Positions 28,333 to 39,391 are shown, numbered from the stretch's first letter. The stretch is 56,139 bases of DNA from a virus (IMGVR_UViG_3300029986_000023:1-56139), one strand, 5' to 3'. Numbers and translations are program-made. Notes: generated by a model from the letters alone, not told the origin.

Positions 28333-31077
28333 TTATTGATTCGTTTGTATCTGAGTGAATCCCTGGCTCAATGCTTTTTGAAGATTTGAAGCTGGCATCC
28401 AACCAGTAGTACCGTCAGGAGATGTAACCTGGACAGGAAGGTTCAAAAGACCCTGTGCGTACATTCCAGCCTGACTGTTAATTGCGTTGATTTTGTTGTC
28501 CACGAACCCCTTCAATTGATTCATATTTGAAGTGAATTGATCGACTGTAAGTGTTGGATCGACCACATCCAAACCAAGTTGGGTTTTCAAATCGGAAGCG
28601 GAACCGTAACCAAGGATTCCAGCTATGTCGTCGCCAAGAAGTTTCTGTGCTTGGGCGAAATTTGCCGCGTTCGTATTTCCGAACTCAACCCCCGATTCCA
28701 GTTGAATGTTATTCAAAGTCTTCGGGCCTTTATAATTTGCGTTCTTTGCGAGATTTATCAACGTGTCAAAGTTTGGATATGCACTGACGATGGCCTGTGC
28801 CTGCGTAATCGTGGCTGGAGTTGTGGCATAACCGTACTGCTTCTGTGCCTCGGCAGCATTGAAATTCGGATTGATTTGAGATGCTCGCATTTCCACCTGA
28901 TTGATTTCGCCAGCTCCGCCACGGCTCATTGATACCTGTGAAGGCGCGATAGTTCCATCAGCGAGAGCCTGTGCCACACTTTCCAAGTTCGGGTTCGACA
29001 AAGGCGTTCCAGTTGACTTCGAAGATGTAGAAGTTGCCGAAGACTTAGCCGCACCGCCCGCTGGGATGTTTGCGATCGTTTTCGTGCCATCGGGTGCGAC
29101 GTAGTAGCTCGTTCCGCTCGCATCCTGATAGTTGGCTGGTTGACCGCTCGCTGTCGTCAAACCAGAGACCGTTGGCGTAGGTGTGACAGCCTTACCTAAT
29201 CCACCCTTCATGGCAGGAGTAGAAGTTGTGGTGCCTAGACCACCGCCCGTTGATGCAGGGGCTGAAGTAGATCCACTTGAGGATCCACCGCTCGATGTCG
29301 CACCACCAGTGCCAGGCTCTGGGCCGTATGAATAGCTGACGGCTCCCGTGGTCGGATCGGTCGTGGAACCCGTACGAACCTCTTTCGGCGCGCCATTCGC
29401 GACCGTGGCTCCCGTCAATGGGTTCACCAACGAAGCACCCGCCGCAAGAGCAACTGGAGCAGGAACGGCGGCGGCGTAGTTCTCCTCCGCAAATTGTTCG
29501 TCCGAAGTAGCCGTATCCAAAGCGGTTGCGCGCTTCGCCTGAAGTTCTTTGAGTTGATCCTCTACGTTCGTTTGTGAAACGCCAAGAGCGGCAGATTGCG
29601 CGTCTGCTTTACGCTGAAGAGCTGCCTGCTGGCCTGTGACGAAAGCTTGTGCAATCGGTTGACCTTCTACATTCACATCGTTCGACAAAAGGGTCGACGT
29701 GATCGCTTCTTGTTCTTCGTTCAATGTGTCTAATGTGTTTTGAAGTGTCGTTTCGTCAGCCGTCGGTGCCTCAGCCGAGATGATCTGACCCTGGAAATAG
29801 GTAATTTGGGCTTTTAGATCTTGAATTGAACCAGCGGGATATCCCGAAGAGCCAGGCATACCGTTGGCCGTGCTCGCCCCTGGAACCTGTGTGGAGACTG
29901 GCGCGCCCGTTGCGCCTCCAGCACCACCTGTGCCTCCTGCTGCGCTTCCAGTTGAACCGAAAGAACTTCCGCCACCGCCAGGTGTCACACCAGGCAGTGC
30001 GTAAATCTGACCATTTGATCCACGAAAAATCTGGCTTTCCGTCAGACCTGCGAGCTGGCTCGGCCCAGTAAGCAAGGTTGATCCTGGCGGCGGGCTCAAT
30101 GTGTTCGAACCAGCGGGACCACCAGCATCAGCGAGTGTGATTGCGGAACCCGATGCGTTCGCGCCAGCCGCGGGCGTGATGGGCGTGCTCGTTCCACCAC
30201 CAGGAAGAACAGTTGAACCGTTACCTCCAGGTGCGGGCGGAGCCGTGGTGCCAGCAGGCGCAACCGACGTACCGCTCGAAGTGGTGCCGCTATTCCCGCC
30301 ATTAGCAGTCACAGGGGGTGGAGTGCTAACTGGTGCTGTCGTTCCATTTACTGCTGGTACGTTACCCGCATTTCCAGCTAGCGCGGGAGATGGAGCCGCA
30401 GCTGTTCCAGCGATCCAGTTTCCGTTTGCGTCTTGATAGGCAATTCCTGTGAGCGGGATGCCGTAATTCGCGGCCACGTTCAGATAGCCTTGAATGCCAG
30501 CGATTTGAGATTGAACCGCTGCTTGCTGCTGTGGGGTATTCTGTCCGTTCGCAAGAATGTTTTGAATGTTGGAATACGCGTTGCTGATGCGATCGGAAAT
30601 CTGACTCTGCGCGTCAGTATAATTTTGTTGTGCGCGGCCAACACCCGATGCTCCTAATGCTTGAATGTTACTGGCTCCAGCTACGCCCATTTGTGCAAGA
30701 GCCTGAAGATATGTTGAAGCATTCGGGTCGGAAGGGTTGTACGGCGTCGATCCATTGATAATACCTTGATACCACGTCAAAGCTGCCTGCTGTGGCGTTG
30801 ATGCCGCAGGAGCTTTTGAAGTGAAGCCAGGTGTGTTTGCCGAGGCTCCAGTCGGCGCGGCCACTCCACCCGCAGGCATTGGTGGGGCTGCGGCAGGGGC
30901 GGGAGCTGGTTGTGTCACGGGCGGTGGTGTCGTTGGAACCACTGGAGCGGGCGGGGTTTGGTTATACGTCGCACTTGAAGCGACTGCTCCTGCTTTATTT
31001 CCAGACGCAGTCAAAGCGGCTTCCTTTTGAAGTTGAAGGGTTGCCGCTGAAGGAGTGGGTGTGATTGGATTTGGCAT
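28333..31077 (-). CDS. Putative DNA ejection protein (914 aa, low complexity)
   Basis: P/A/G/T/S-rich with a central coiled coil; position after the fibre gene. Confidence 0.55.
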   Translation of the reverse strand: MPNPITPTPSAATLQLQKEAALTASGNKAGAVASSATYNQTPPAPVVPTTPPPVTQPAPAPAAAPPMPAGGVAAPTGASANTPGFTSKAPAASTPQQAALTWYQGIINGSTPYNPSDPNASTYLQALAQMGVAGASNIQALGASGVGRAQQNYTDAQSQISDRISNAYSNIQNILANGQNTPQQQAAVQSQIAGIQGYLNVAANYGIPLTGIAYQDANGNWIAGTAAAPSPALAGNAGNVPAVNGTTAPVSTPPPVTANGGNSGTTSSGTSVAPAGTTAPPAPGGNGSTVLPGGGTSTPITPAAGANASGSAITLADAGGPAGSNTLSPPPGSTLLTGPSQLAGLTESQIFRGSNGQIYALPGVTPGGGGSSFGSTGSAAGGTGGAGGATGAPVSTQVPGASTANGMPGSSGYPAGSIQDLKAQITYFQGQIISAEAPTADETTLQNTLDTLNEEQEAITSTLLSNDVNVEGQPIAQAFVTGQQAALQRKADAQSAALGVSQTNVEDQLKELQAKRATALDTATSDEQFAEENYAAAVPAPVALAAGASLVNPLTGATVANGAPKEVRTGSTTDPTTGAVSYSYGPEPGTGGATSSGGSSSGSTSAPASTGGGLGTTTSTPAMKGGLGKAVTPTPTVSGLTTASGQPANYQDASGTSYYVAPDGTKTIANIPAGGAAKSSATSTSSKSTGTPLSNPNLESVAQALADGTIAPSQVSMSRGGAGEINQVEMRASQINPNFNAAEAQKQYGYATTPATITQAQAIVSAYPNFDTLINLAKNANYKGPKTLNNIQLESGVEFGNTNAANFAQAQKLLGDDIAGILGYGSASDLKTQLGLDVVDPTLTVDQFTSNMNQLKGFVDNKINAINSQAGMYAQGLLNLPVQVTSPDGTTGWMPASNLQKALSQGFTQIQTNQ

Positions 31078-31093
31078 ATGGTGATTTTAGCAC

Positions 31094-33409
31094 TTAGACC
31101 TGAAGTTTGATAATCGTTCCTGACGCTGCCGTAGCTCCATTTGATCCAGTTGCACCATTATTCGCCGTGCCAGTGGAGAAGTGTGCGCCAGTTCCACCAG
31201 TTCCCCCAGATCCAACGCTGCCCGCTGCTACACTTTCCGTTCCTGTATCGGTAATGGCTGAAAAAACCATGATGATGACGCCTCCTGGCCCAGGCGCGCC
31301 TCCACCGCCTCCACCGCCTCCACCTGCACCTGCTTGGGAAACTGTGCCGACTGTCCCGTTACCGCCGTTACCGCCGTTACCGCCGTTACCGCCAAGTGCT
31401 TGAATCGTGCCTGCATTGACGATGATCCGAGCAAAGATTGGAACGATACCACCTGGCGTTCCAGCACTACCACCACCTCCGCCGCCCCCAGATGATGCTG
31501 AATTGCCGTTGGCGAAGGAAGCAGCTCCATCACCCCCCCCCGTGCCACCAGTGGAACCCGCCGCGACCGTTAGTGGTGTGAGAGATGGGAATAAATCCTG
31601 TAAGAGATAACAAGCTGCCCCCGTGTGGAGGGTATTGAAGATCGTACCTGAAACTGTGCCAGCGGTTCCAACCGAACCTCCCGTGCCATTTGGAGAAGTC
31701 GATCCTCCCGTGGCTGTACCACCAGATGCGCCCTGACCTGCTTTAACGCCTGGATTGCCAGTGATAGCCTTCGTTACCGAAGTTCCAGTCGATGAAGCAC
31801 TAGAGTTTTGACCTGCGCCGTTATTAACGGACACGCCAGTTGCGCCTGCTGTTCCTGCACCACCATCCACCGTTCCATTAACGGAGCCTGAAGCTAATGG
31901 GCCAGGAGATGATCCTGCGGATCCGCCTGTGATGCCTGAAGCGTTGCCACCCGTATTTCCGTTATTCCCATTCCATCGTATAAATGCTCCCGAATTGATT
32001 GTGAGAGTTCCACTGACGAATAAACGGAATCCGTTCGTCACAATGACATCCCCGCTGTTGAGCGTTGCATTCGAATAGAATGTGTCCCTTGTCAAAGTTT
32101 TTGTCCCTCCTCCTCCCGCAAGAGTCCCATCAGAACCGTCACCGAAAATGTCCTCGTTTGTGATTGGGGAACCGTTCACGACTAGCTTTCCCGATGCCGT
32201 GTCGTAGGTGAGGTAATTGCCCGTCGTGATCTGGCCAATGGAAATCCCATAGGTACTTGAAACGAAACCATTGATTCCGTTCAACTGACCAATGCGAACT
32301 TGCTCCGTGACCGAAGACCATGGAGAACCAGTGTGCGTCTGAATGCTCATGTACGGCGCATTGGTTTGATCCACCGTGTTGAAAATGAGGCCTTGTCCTG
32401 ATTGACCATAATCAGCCACTGCCGCGCCCGCGCGGAATGTGGCGTTTGTTCCGTTATTTTTCGTACAGACATATCGGAAGAAAGTCGTTTGATCTGACAC
32501 CGAAGAAACTGTCATCCAATTATCATTTCCACTGCCGTCCTTGATACGAAGAATGTCATTCGCAGCAAACACCTGAATGTGACCAGACGGCGGATCGTTA
32601 ATATCCACATTGAACGTCGTCGGAGATGTTGCCGTCGTAACATCCGCGCGCAATGAGCCACCAGATAGAGCCAGGAGCGTTGACCCAGCCGTTACCTGAA
32701 CGGAAGCATACGAAAGAACCGACGAATGGAATTCGCCGCGCACCAAGATGTTATTGAACTCGGCATTTCCGCTATTTGAAATCGTCCAACCGATTGATCC
32801 TGAAGCGTAGTTGGAAGAGCTGATTGCCGAGGATGTGAACGTGGCCCCTGCAATCGTCCCTGATATAGCAGTTATACTTCCATTTGCCGCCGATATGATG
32901 AAATTCTGCGTGTTTGCCGATAGACCAAATAAACCTGTTTTGTCTATATAAATGCCCGTGCCCGACGAAGGTGAAGTCGGGGGAACCGTCCCAAACGCGA
33001 GCGAAGCGGATGCACCGCTTGTGAGTGTTAGGCCAGTAGATGAGATGGTTGTTGAACCAATGGAGAATCCGCCGATCGTTCCGCTTGTGGCTGTGATGGA
33101 ACCAGAGATGATGGCACCCGTGGCCCGTAAAACACCTGCCATTGTTACCGAGAAAGGCGCGGTGGCAAATGTACCACTGCCGAGATACAGACCTTGGTTT
33201 GTGACGTTGAAGGCGTTTGAGCCTGCTCCAGACGAGAGAGGAACCGTGAGCTGTGACAAAGCTGTTTTGATCATTCCCTGAACGACATCAGCGGTGACGT
33301 AATCCGATGTGTCTGAATTGTCCGAAGAATTATCCGATGAGGAATCCGAAGATATGGGAACATTATTCCCGTCGTAATAAATGTTCAAATCTTCGTACTC
33401 TTCAGCCAT
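31094..33409 (-). CDS. Tail fibre/spike with Gly-rich C-terminus
   Basis: ITATSGTIGGF repeats, FGDGSDG, poly-Gly GGNGGNGG; start reassigned to MAEEY. Confidence 0.7.
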   Translation of the reverse strand: MAEEYEDLNIYYDGNNVPISSDSSSDNSSDNSDTSDYVTADVVQGMIKTALSQLTVPLSSGAGSNAFNVTNQGLYLGSGTFATAPFSVTMAGVLRATGAIISGSITATSGTIGGFSIGSTTISSTGLTLTSGASASLAFGTVPPTSPSSGTGIYIDKTGLFGLSANTQNFIISAANGSITAISGTIAGATFTSSAISSSNYASGSIGWTISNSGNAEFNNILVRGEFHSSVLSYASVQVTAGSTLLALSGGSLRADVTTATSPTTFNVDINDPPSGHIQVFAANDILRIKDGSGNDNWMTVSSVSDQTTFFRYVCTKNNGTNATFRAGAAVADYGQSGQGLIFNTVDQTNAPYMSIQTHTGSPWSSVTEQVRIGQLNGINGFVSSTYGISIGQITTGNYLTYDTASGKLVVNGSPITNEDIFGDGSDGTLAGGGGTKTLTRDTFYSNATLNSGDVIVTNGFRLFVSGTLTINSGAFIRWNGNNGNTGGNASGITGGSAGSSPGPLASGSVNGTVDGGAGTAGATGVSVNNGAGQNSSASSTGTSVTKAITGNPGVKAGQGASGGTATGGSTSPNGTGGSVGTAGTVSGTIFNTLHTGAACYLLQDLFPSLTPLTVAAGSTGGTGGGDGAASFANGNSASSGGGGGGGSAGTPGGIVPIFARIIVNAGTIQALGGNGGNGGNGGNGTVGTVSQAGAGGGGGGGGGAPGPGGVIIMVFSAITDTGTESVAAGSVGSGGTGGTGAHFSTGTANNGATGSNGATAASGTIIKLQV

Positions 33410-33413
33410 ATAT

Positions 33414-34994
33414 TTATTGGTTCGTTTCGTCTTCGAATGTCTCGATGTCAATCAAGATTGGGAATAATAACGGTAGAGCAGTTGTGCCTGTCCAAACTAA
33501 TTGGAGGAAGAAATTGTTTTGTGTTGTATTACCAACAATCTGCGGCTGCTTATAGAGAACCTTGCGTTGGGCTGGGTAATTCGTGTTGTTGATTGTCGCC
33601 AACGTAAGTGTCAAAGATTCATCATCGAAATAAATCTTTGGCGTAATCGTAGTATTAGAATCAACCGCTCCCCCAAATGGGATGCGGATTTTTTTTATGT
33701 TGAAGCGTTGACCAATCATTGCCATTGGCAGGTTCAAAACGGATGCGAGAGTGGTAGACCCATAACTATCGGCAGCGAATGTTCCAGTGTCGGCCCAAGC
33801 CTGAATCAACTGATTCGATGCACGCGCGCTCTGAAGAGCAAGCATGAGGGCTGTTATGTTTGGATTGACTATCGATACATCATTCGCGCGCGAAATACAC
33901 TGAAGACCACTGCTTAGATCCCCCCCATCATATCCGTAGGCAAAAACCACTGCCGCGAGGGATGGATAGGTAATTTGTTGACCCCAAACCACGCCCGATT
34001 CGATGTTGTCCACTGCTCCTGCGAGTGGAGGTTGACCATCTTCTAGTGAAACAAGGTCAGAGACGGTGTCGCCGTTGCCCGTGTACTGCGTCAGGCGCAC
34101 GCCTGCGCCCGCGTTACCACTCCAAATGGTCAAATAACCGTCTGCATACGTCAGGGCCGTTGCCATCGGGTCAGGCAGGGCAATCTGACGATAGAAAGTG
34201 ACCGTATTTGTTGGATCCCACAAAAACAGAGCCGCTTGACCCTGATTGATGGCTGCGGAGGTCGATTGGATGGCGATAACCGCGATGTCTGTGCCAAAAT
34301 TACAGATCGAGGTCGGATAGAACCCGTAATTGAGGTCGAGGACGTTATACGCGGAGCCATTGTTGGTATCTCCTTCGTTAGTTCCTTTTGTGGTTGCTAT
34401 TTTGTGGACTAAACCTTGACCATTGATGTAATCGACGAAGTAAAGATTGCCGTCCGAGTGTGCGAATGCCCAGTGGTTAGGCAAAGTCGCCTGATTGAAC
34501 TGCGGATAGGTCGTCGCGGTCAACGCCGTCTGGCTGCCGAGTGTAGAGCCAGTCCAAACACCATCGACAAGCGTCGGTGAATTGTTCAGAGGCCCATACC
34601 GCGACACGTCGTTCTTTGAAGAACCCGTGCCGAAGATATAAATGTAGTTGTTGTAGTACGCCGCGCCTTCTGCGTTCCCGCCAGCGACCGTAGCGACCAA
34701 TGTTTCAGATCCAAGAGCTGCTGTGTACGAGAGTAGGCTTCCATTTTTCAGCACGGCATAGATCAGCGCGTTCTTTGGCGACGTGATCCACTGAATGACA
34801 TAAGAAGTCATCGCACTGCTTGAAAATGACTTGAAACTTGTGGGAACCGCCATGCCTGACGTAAGCACAGAATCTCCCACAGGTAGGTCAGGGTCAATCG
34901 CAATCGAAGCGGTGAATTGACCGCTCTTGGGCATATATTTGGTATCAGCGCGCCCGTTGGCTATGCCGTCGATTGTGATGCGCTTGAGTGCCAT
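33414..34994 (-). CDS. Tail nozzle/stabilisation protein (P22 gp10-like role)
   Basis: 526-aa beta-rich protein following the adaptor. Confidence 0.55.
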   Translation of the reverse strand: MALKRITIDGIANGRADTKYMPKSGQFTASIAIDPDLPVGDSVLTSGMAVPTSFKSFSSSAMTSYVIQWITSPKNALIYAVLKNGSLLSYTAALGSETLVATVAGGNAEGAAYYNNYIYIFGTGSSKNDVSRYGPLNNSPTLVDGVWTGSTLGSQTALTATTYPQFNQATLPNHWAFAHSDGNLYFVDYINGQGLVHKIATTKGTNEGDTNNGSAYNVLDLNYGFYPTSICNFGTDIAVIAIQSTSAAINQGQAALFLWDPTNTVTFYRQIALPDPMATALTYADGYLTIWSGNAGAGVRLTQYTGNGDTVSDLVSLEDGQPPLAGAVDNIESGVVWGQQITYPSLAAVVFAYGYDGGDLSSGLQCISRANDVSIVNPNITALMLALQSARASNQLIQAWADTGTFAADSYGSTTLASVLNLPMAMIGQRFNIKKIRIPFGGAVDSNTTITPKIYFDDESLTLTLATINNTNYPAQRKVLYKQPQIVGNTTQNNFFLQLVWTGTTALPLLFPILIDIETFEDETNQ

Positions 34995-35013
34995 ATTTTT
35001 GCTAGGTTAAGCA

Positions 35014-35913
35014 CTAAAGTGTAACAAAAAGGTTAGGATTCGTCTGCACATGGTCATCATCAATAGCAGGATTCATGGTCTTCGTAGAATGATCGTAAAC
35101 GAGCTGTGCGTATTTTTTATCGTACATATCGACTGCTGTGTCGTAGCGATCTTTCTCTGGCTGAACAGTCGCCCAGTACGGCTGCTCCGCTTCGTAGATT
35201 GGAAGATCCTGATACGCTTCGGGAAGTGCGGACATCTGCCCAATAGTGTAAGTGGCATTGGCTGAGATTGTGGTACCAGCATAAGGCCGCGTAAGTGTCA
35301 AGGCCGTCGCTGATTGAACCGATGCAATCTGATACCAAAATTCATCGCCGTTAGTGGTGGCAACATCGCTTGCGTTGATACGGATATAACGGCCAGCCAT
35401 CGCCGCTGTCCATGTCGTGCCTGAACCAGTGAGTGTGAACGCGTTATTCGTTACCGCGCTTACACTGCCTGTCGTGTAATCAGCTCGGCTCAAATCAACC
35501 ACGCGGCGGCGGTAGGTGTAGTTGATTGAATTGCCGTTTGAAGAAGGCGTTGGATAAAAGAGAATTTGCTTGTTAATGATGAAGTACCAATTCTGAATGT
35601 TCGAGGTAATTGTAGTGTTTTGGTTCAACAAATCCCAGAAATCTTTATTCGGTGCTTCGCTTGGAACGTAGGTTGTCGTACCAACAAGAAAATTTACGTT
35701 CTCCAACGTGTCGTAATCGTAGGGCAAATTGTAAGCCTGCTGGCTCGCGACGGTTTGATCGGTAAAAGTTGTTTGCATGAAATCCCAATCACGAGCCGCG
35801 CAGATCTTACGAATCGAATCGTTCATCAGTTCCGCACCGACCGCCAAGTTTGCCGACGATGAATCGTTGGTCAGCGTGCCATATAGTTTTTGGAGGTCGG
35901 TAAAACTTTTCAC
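35014..35913 (-). CDS. Head-tail adaptor-like protein with inserted beta domain
   Basis: N..IR.I...RDW.F, Y.LP.D, FYPTP, LPEAYQDLPIY; insert TLTGSGTTWTAAMAG. Confidence 0.6.
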   Translation of the reverse strand: MKSFTDLQKLYGTLTNDSSSANLAVGAELMNDSIRKICAARDWDFMQTTFTDQTVASQQAYNLPYDYDTLENVNFLVGTTTYVPSEAPNKDFWDLLNQNTTITSNIQNWYFIINKQILFYPTPSSNGNSINYTYRRRVVDLSRADYTTGSVSAVTNNAFTLTGSGTTWTAAMAGRYIRINASDVATTNGDEFWYQIASVQSATALTLTRPYAGTTISANATYTIGQMSALPEAYQDLPIYEAEQPYWATVQPEKDRYDTAVDMYDKKYAQLVYDHSTKTMNPAIDDDHVQTNPNLFVTL

Positions 35914-35924
35914 AGGAGGGGGGG

Positions 35925-36191
35925 TTAGGCTGATGTGGTTGAAGCATCCACTACGGTCGCTGGTGCAGCAGTCGTAGTTGTTACCGTTGTGGCTGTAGGT
36001 GGCGTCGGAAGTCCTATAGGCTCGCCTGTAACGAAACGTAGAATAAGATTCACGATTGCGAGGGCTAACACTGCGTAGCCAATCCAGGCTGTCGGCAGGA
36101 GGCCGTTCTGCTGTACTACCAGGCCGACAATGGCAGCCACGGATGTAAGCCCGTTAATCCAAACTGTTTTTGAATCCCAAAATGCTTTCAT
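35925..36191 (-). CDS. Holin-like protein (two TM segments)
   Basis: W.SKTVWIN...AIVNLILRFVT.EPI; start reassigned to MKAFW. Confidence 0.65.
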   Translation of the reverse strand: MKAFWDSKTVWINGLTSVAAIVGLVVQQNGLLPTAWIGYAVLALAIVNLILRFVTGEPIGLPTPPTATTVTTTTAAPATVVDASTTSA

Positions 36192-36195
36192 ATAT

Positions 36196-36480
36196 TTAGA
36201 CGCCCGCAGCGGTCGCGGCGATAGCGTTTTGAGCGATTTGCAAACCTTCGGCGTCCGTGGAAGGAGCGGCCTCTTGGTTGAACCAGACCTCGGCACTTAC
36301 GAGCTGGAAGCCTTGATGCGCCATGAGGGATTGAGCGAGCGCAGGGGATTTAAGGGAGATGCGCGCACCAGAAGTAATTGTGCCAGCTGGATCATTCACA
36401 TTCGAGCTGAATTGGGCAACGTACAAAGCGTCCATGTTCAAAGCGGATTGAATGTCGGCAGGGAGTTGAGAAAACAACAT
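36196..36480 (-). CDS. Hypothetical protein
   Basis: Packed ORF in the lysis region. Confidence 0.55.
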   Translation of the reverse strand: MLFSQLPADIQSALNMDALYVAQFSSNVNDPAGTITSGARISLKSPALAQSLMAHQGFQLVSAEVWFNQEAAPSTDAEGLQIAQNAIAATAAGV

Positions 36481-36487
36481 ATTTTTG

Positions 36488-36967
36488 TTATGCGTGAATA
36501 AAGAAACGTCCTCCGTCTATGTTTTTCCAAGTGCCTTTTGCTTGATCGACTTTCTGATACCAGGAATCGGCTACGTTGAAATCATTTCCAAAGATCGGAA
36601 TAGACCAACCGAGGACGAAGTGTGATTTATTGTTCACCCACAGGACGACACCCGTGTTCGTTCCTTGGATAGCAGCTTTGATCGCGACATCATTCTCACC
36701 AACCGTGGCACCCGTATATTTCAGGTTACCTAGTTTGGCGCACAAAGCGTCGTAAATCACCAGACCATCTGGGGTAAACAAGGAGGCATCCGTACACACT
36801 TGATCTGGCGTCCACTTCATTCCTCCGTAGAAATAGTTTGAAAGAGTGATGACCGAACACAGATCACAACCATCATGCCCCACAGTGAGATTTGATGCGC
36901 CGAGTTTCATGTTGGCCCACGGTTGTTCTTGCTGGCCAAGGATGCGAAATTTTGGAAGTGCTGGCAT
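36488..36967 (-). CDS. C39-like cysteine peptidase (candidate endolysin)
   Basis: Q...W....LG....TVG.DGC..S, HFVL, VADSW (Cys-His-Asp). Confidence 0.7.
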   Translation of the reverse strand: MPALPKFRILGQQEQPWANMKLGASNLTVGHDGCDLCSVITLSNYFYGGMKWTPDQVCTDASLFTPDGLVIYDALCAKLGNLKYTGATVGENDVAIKAAIQGTNTGVVLWVNNKSHFVLGWSIPIFGNDFNVADSWYQKVDQAKGTWKNIDGGRFFIHA

Positions 36968-36971
36968 ACCT

Positions 36972-37382
36972 TTAGAGTTTGAAGAATAAAATCTTCAAGA
37001 CAACTCCGATAATCGCTGTGAAGATGACTGCGGCAGTCCCATAGACAGTGTTCCTTACAGGAGCAAAATCACTTGACGTAACGCAATTCTCAACGGAGTT
37101 TTCTATGGTCTTAAACTCTTCTTTTGTGACGTATTTGTTCTCCAGGTTATCGAGTTTATCGTTCACTTTATCGAGAGTATCAGTAATGTATTTGATCTCT
37201 CGTGCCTGAACCGCTGCTGCCGTCGTCAATGTAGCAATGGCACTGGCAGCCGCTGCGTTGATCACGTTTTTTGCTTCTGCCGCGGCTTGGGCCACAACAT
37301 GAGCCGCATCAGCAGCCGCTTCATTGATTTTGGAGACAGCTTCGTCAGGCATATGTTTATACGGCTTCTTTGGCCGATTCAA
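36972..37382 (-). CDS. Coiled-coil protein with C-terminal TM segment (holin-associated)
   Basis: KLDNLENKYVTKEEF...F.PV...VYG..AVIFTAIIGVVL. Confidence 0.6.
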   Translation of the reverse strand: MNRPKKPYKHMPDEAVSKINEAAADAAHVVAQAAAEAKNVINAAAASAIATLTTAAAVQAREIKYITDTLDKVNDKLDNLENKYVTKEEFKTIENSVENCVTSSDFAPVRNTVYGTAAVIFTAIIGVVLKILFFKL

Positions 37383-37797
37383 GATCGCAGATCATCTGTT
37401 CGACGTTGATCATTTGGACACCCTCGAATTTGTCTTTTAATTCGGCTGACGACCAATCAATCTTTTTCAACACTTCAATGAACGCATTGACGCCTTCTGC
37501 CATAGCTTCGACCTCGATTGGCAGTTTGTTACCCTTCGTCATTTCTTCCGTGGCTGCTGTGACTTGCGCCATAAATTCCACTGTCACAGGGACGTTTCCT
37601 TTTAGTTGATTGTTCAAGATTGTCAGTTCTTGCGATTTCGATTGAAGTGCTTCTTCCGTCGGTTCAATCTCCGTGCGGATTTTGTGGAGACATTTGATAG
37701 CTTTGCGTTGCGTATCAAGTGACATCCCTTGAAGGCCAAACTTTGAAAAGAAGATGGCAGTCGCGGCTACTGGTTGTGTGGTCGTAAACTTAACCAT
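37357..37797 (-). CDS. Hypothetical protein
   Basis: 146-aa ATG ORF in the late operon. Confidence 0.65.
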   Translation of the reverse strand: MVKFTTTQPVAATAIFFSKFGLQGMSLDTQRKAIKCLHKIRTEIEPTEEALQSKSQELTILNNQLKGNVPVTVEFMAQVTAATEEMTKGNKLPIEVEAMAEGVNAFIEVLKKIDWSSAELKDKFEGVQMINVEQMICDLESAKEAV

Positions 37798-37808
37798 ATT
37801 TTGAAAGA

Positions 37809-38033
37809 TTAAACCGTGATTGCATTAGCGAGGCAGAACGCTTCCATCGTTTCACAATCAGCGAGAGCTTGTGTGTTGAGCGCAACGGCGGCGGTTACGA
37901 TAGGTGTTTGTGCCTGTGTATTTGCTTGGATGGCATCAACTTGTACTTTTGAAAATGTCTGAACAGATCCATCGTCGGCAGTGACCTGAAGCGCGTTGTT
38001 TCCGTCGGCATCCTGAACGAGTGCGAGGGTCAT
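37809..38033 (-). CDS. Small protein after the fibre gene (possible fibre chaperone)
   Basis: Its 5' end also appears at window positions 1..21. Confidence 0.55.
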   Translation of the reverse strand: MTLALVQDADGNNALQVTADDGSVQTFSKVQVDAIQANTQAQTPIVTAAVALNTQALADCETMEAFCLANAITV

Positions 38034-38042
38034 AGAAGGATT

Positions 38043-39380
38043 TTAGGAGTAAACAGGGATATATCCGACGGTCGCTCCACCCGTGATCACCTTGATAAAT
38101 CCTTGTGGGTTAGAGGTCGTTGCTCCAGTCGTCCAGGTCGTCGCTGGGGTCGAGGTGGTCGCGGTGTAGGTGATATTGGCTGTCGTACTTCCGATACCCG
38201 AAAGATCTATACCGCCATCAGCGCGTATTGAACCAGATTTGATCCACAGAGCATATTTGTTCGTCAGCGTTGCATTGCTCCCAGCTATTGGCGCGCCCGT
38301 AATTGTCACTGTACTCGCTGCTGTGAACGTAGAGGCAGCAGCAGCGGCAAACGTCGGGGCATTAATTTGCATGTAATCAGCCTCTGCAACCGTACCTGTC
38401 GCCCACGTTTGAGTAGACGTAACGAACAAGAATTCTGGAGCGTTCACTGTGGTCGTTATACCCGTATTATTTGGCGGAGTCCATGAAGAAAAAGCAACTG
38501 CCCCAGATGAAGTTGCAGACCCGTTCCATGCTTGTGAGCCAGAGGCTGCAACCGCTAAAGCAATTGTAGTGTTGTTCACAATAAACTGAAGTGTCGCATT
38601 ATTCGGTATAACTCGAAAGACCCCTGCACGACCGAAGGTGCCATTATTTTCAGTAAAACCAACAACTAAACCATAACTACCTGCAACACCACTATTAACT
38701 GCAAAATAGGATTCATTGGATGTACCTGAACTCGACGTACTCATTTGTAAGACTTGCGTTCCATCATTAGTGATGATTGCTTCACCCGCTCCATTAGCTC
38801 GATGAACAAAAGCCGTACATAAACCCATACTAAGGTAGCCTGTTGACACGGAGGCGTTTACTTGAAGCTGACCATCTAAACGAGTTACACCGCCTTTAGA
38901 CCATAAACAATACCCATTCGTAATTGTAGCATTCGTACCAGCAATTGGAGCACCTGAAATAGTAAACGTAGCCGCAGAAGTAATTGTCGAAGCTCCCGCG
39001 AACGCCAAAGTGGGCGCATTGAATTGAGCGTAATCGTATTCAGCCAATGCACCTGTCGCGTAGGTTTGCGTTGAGGTTGCAAGTATAAATTGCGGCGCGT
39101 TTGTCGAGAGCGTGATTGCTGTATTGGATGCTGGCGTAAACAAGGCTGTGATGGGCACGCCTGATGAAGATGCTGTTTGCGCTACGGAAAGAGTAGCCGT
39201 TGGCGAAGCTGTGCCAATCCCTAAACGAAAGTTCGTATTATCCCAAAAGAACTTGGCATTGTCTTGTCCCAGATTTCCTGAACCGTCTACGAACAAAACT
39301 GATCCACTGGTTCCACTCCCAACGGCATCCCCAATAGCCATGACTCCGCTATTGCCGCCGCTTCCAAAAAAAGCTGACAT
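38043..39380 (-). CDS. Fibre/spike-like protein, module B allele (445 aa, two repeats)
   Basis: Near-identical to 31..1932 except for the N-terminus and one missing 153-aa unit. Confidence 0.65.
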   Translation of the reverse strand: MSAFFGSGGNSGVMAIGDAVGSGTSGSVLFVDGSGNLGQDNAKFFWDNTNFRLGIGTASPTATLSVAQTASSSGVPITALFTPASNTAITLSTNAPQFILATSTQTYATGALAEYDYAQFNAPTLAFAGASTITSAATFTISGAPIAGTNATITNGYCLWSKGGVTRLDGQLQVNASVSTGYLSMGLCTAFVHRANGAGEAIITNDGTQVLQMSTSSSGTSNESYFAVNSGVAGSYGLVVGFTENNGTFGRAGVFRVIPNNATLQFIVNNTTIALAVAASGSQAWNGSATSSGAVAFSSWTPPNNTGITTTVNAPEFLFVTSTQTWATGTVAEADYMQINAPTFAAAAASTFTAASTVTITGAPIAGSNATLTNKYALWIKSGSIRADGGIDLSGIGSTTANITYTATTSTPATTWTTGATTSNPQGFIKVITGGATVGYIPVYS

Positions 39381-39391
39381 ACGGGGATGTG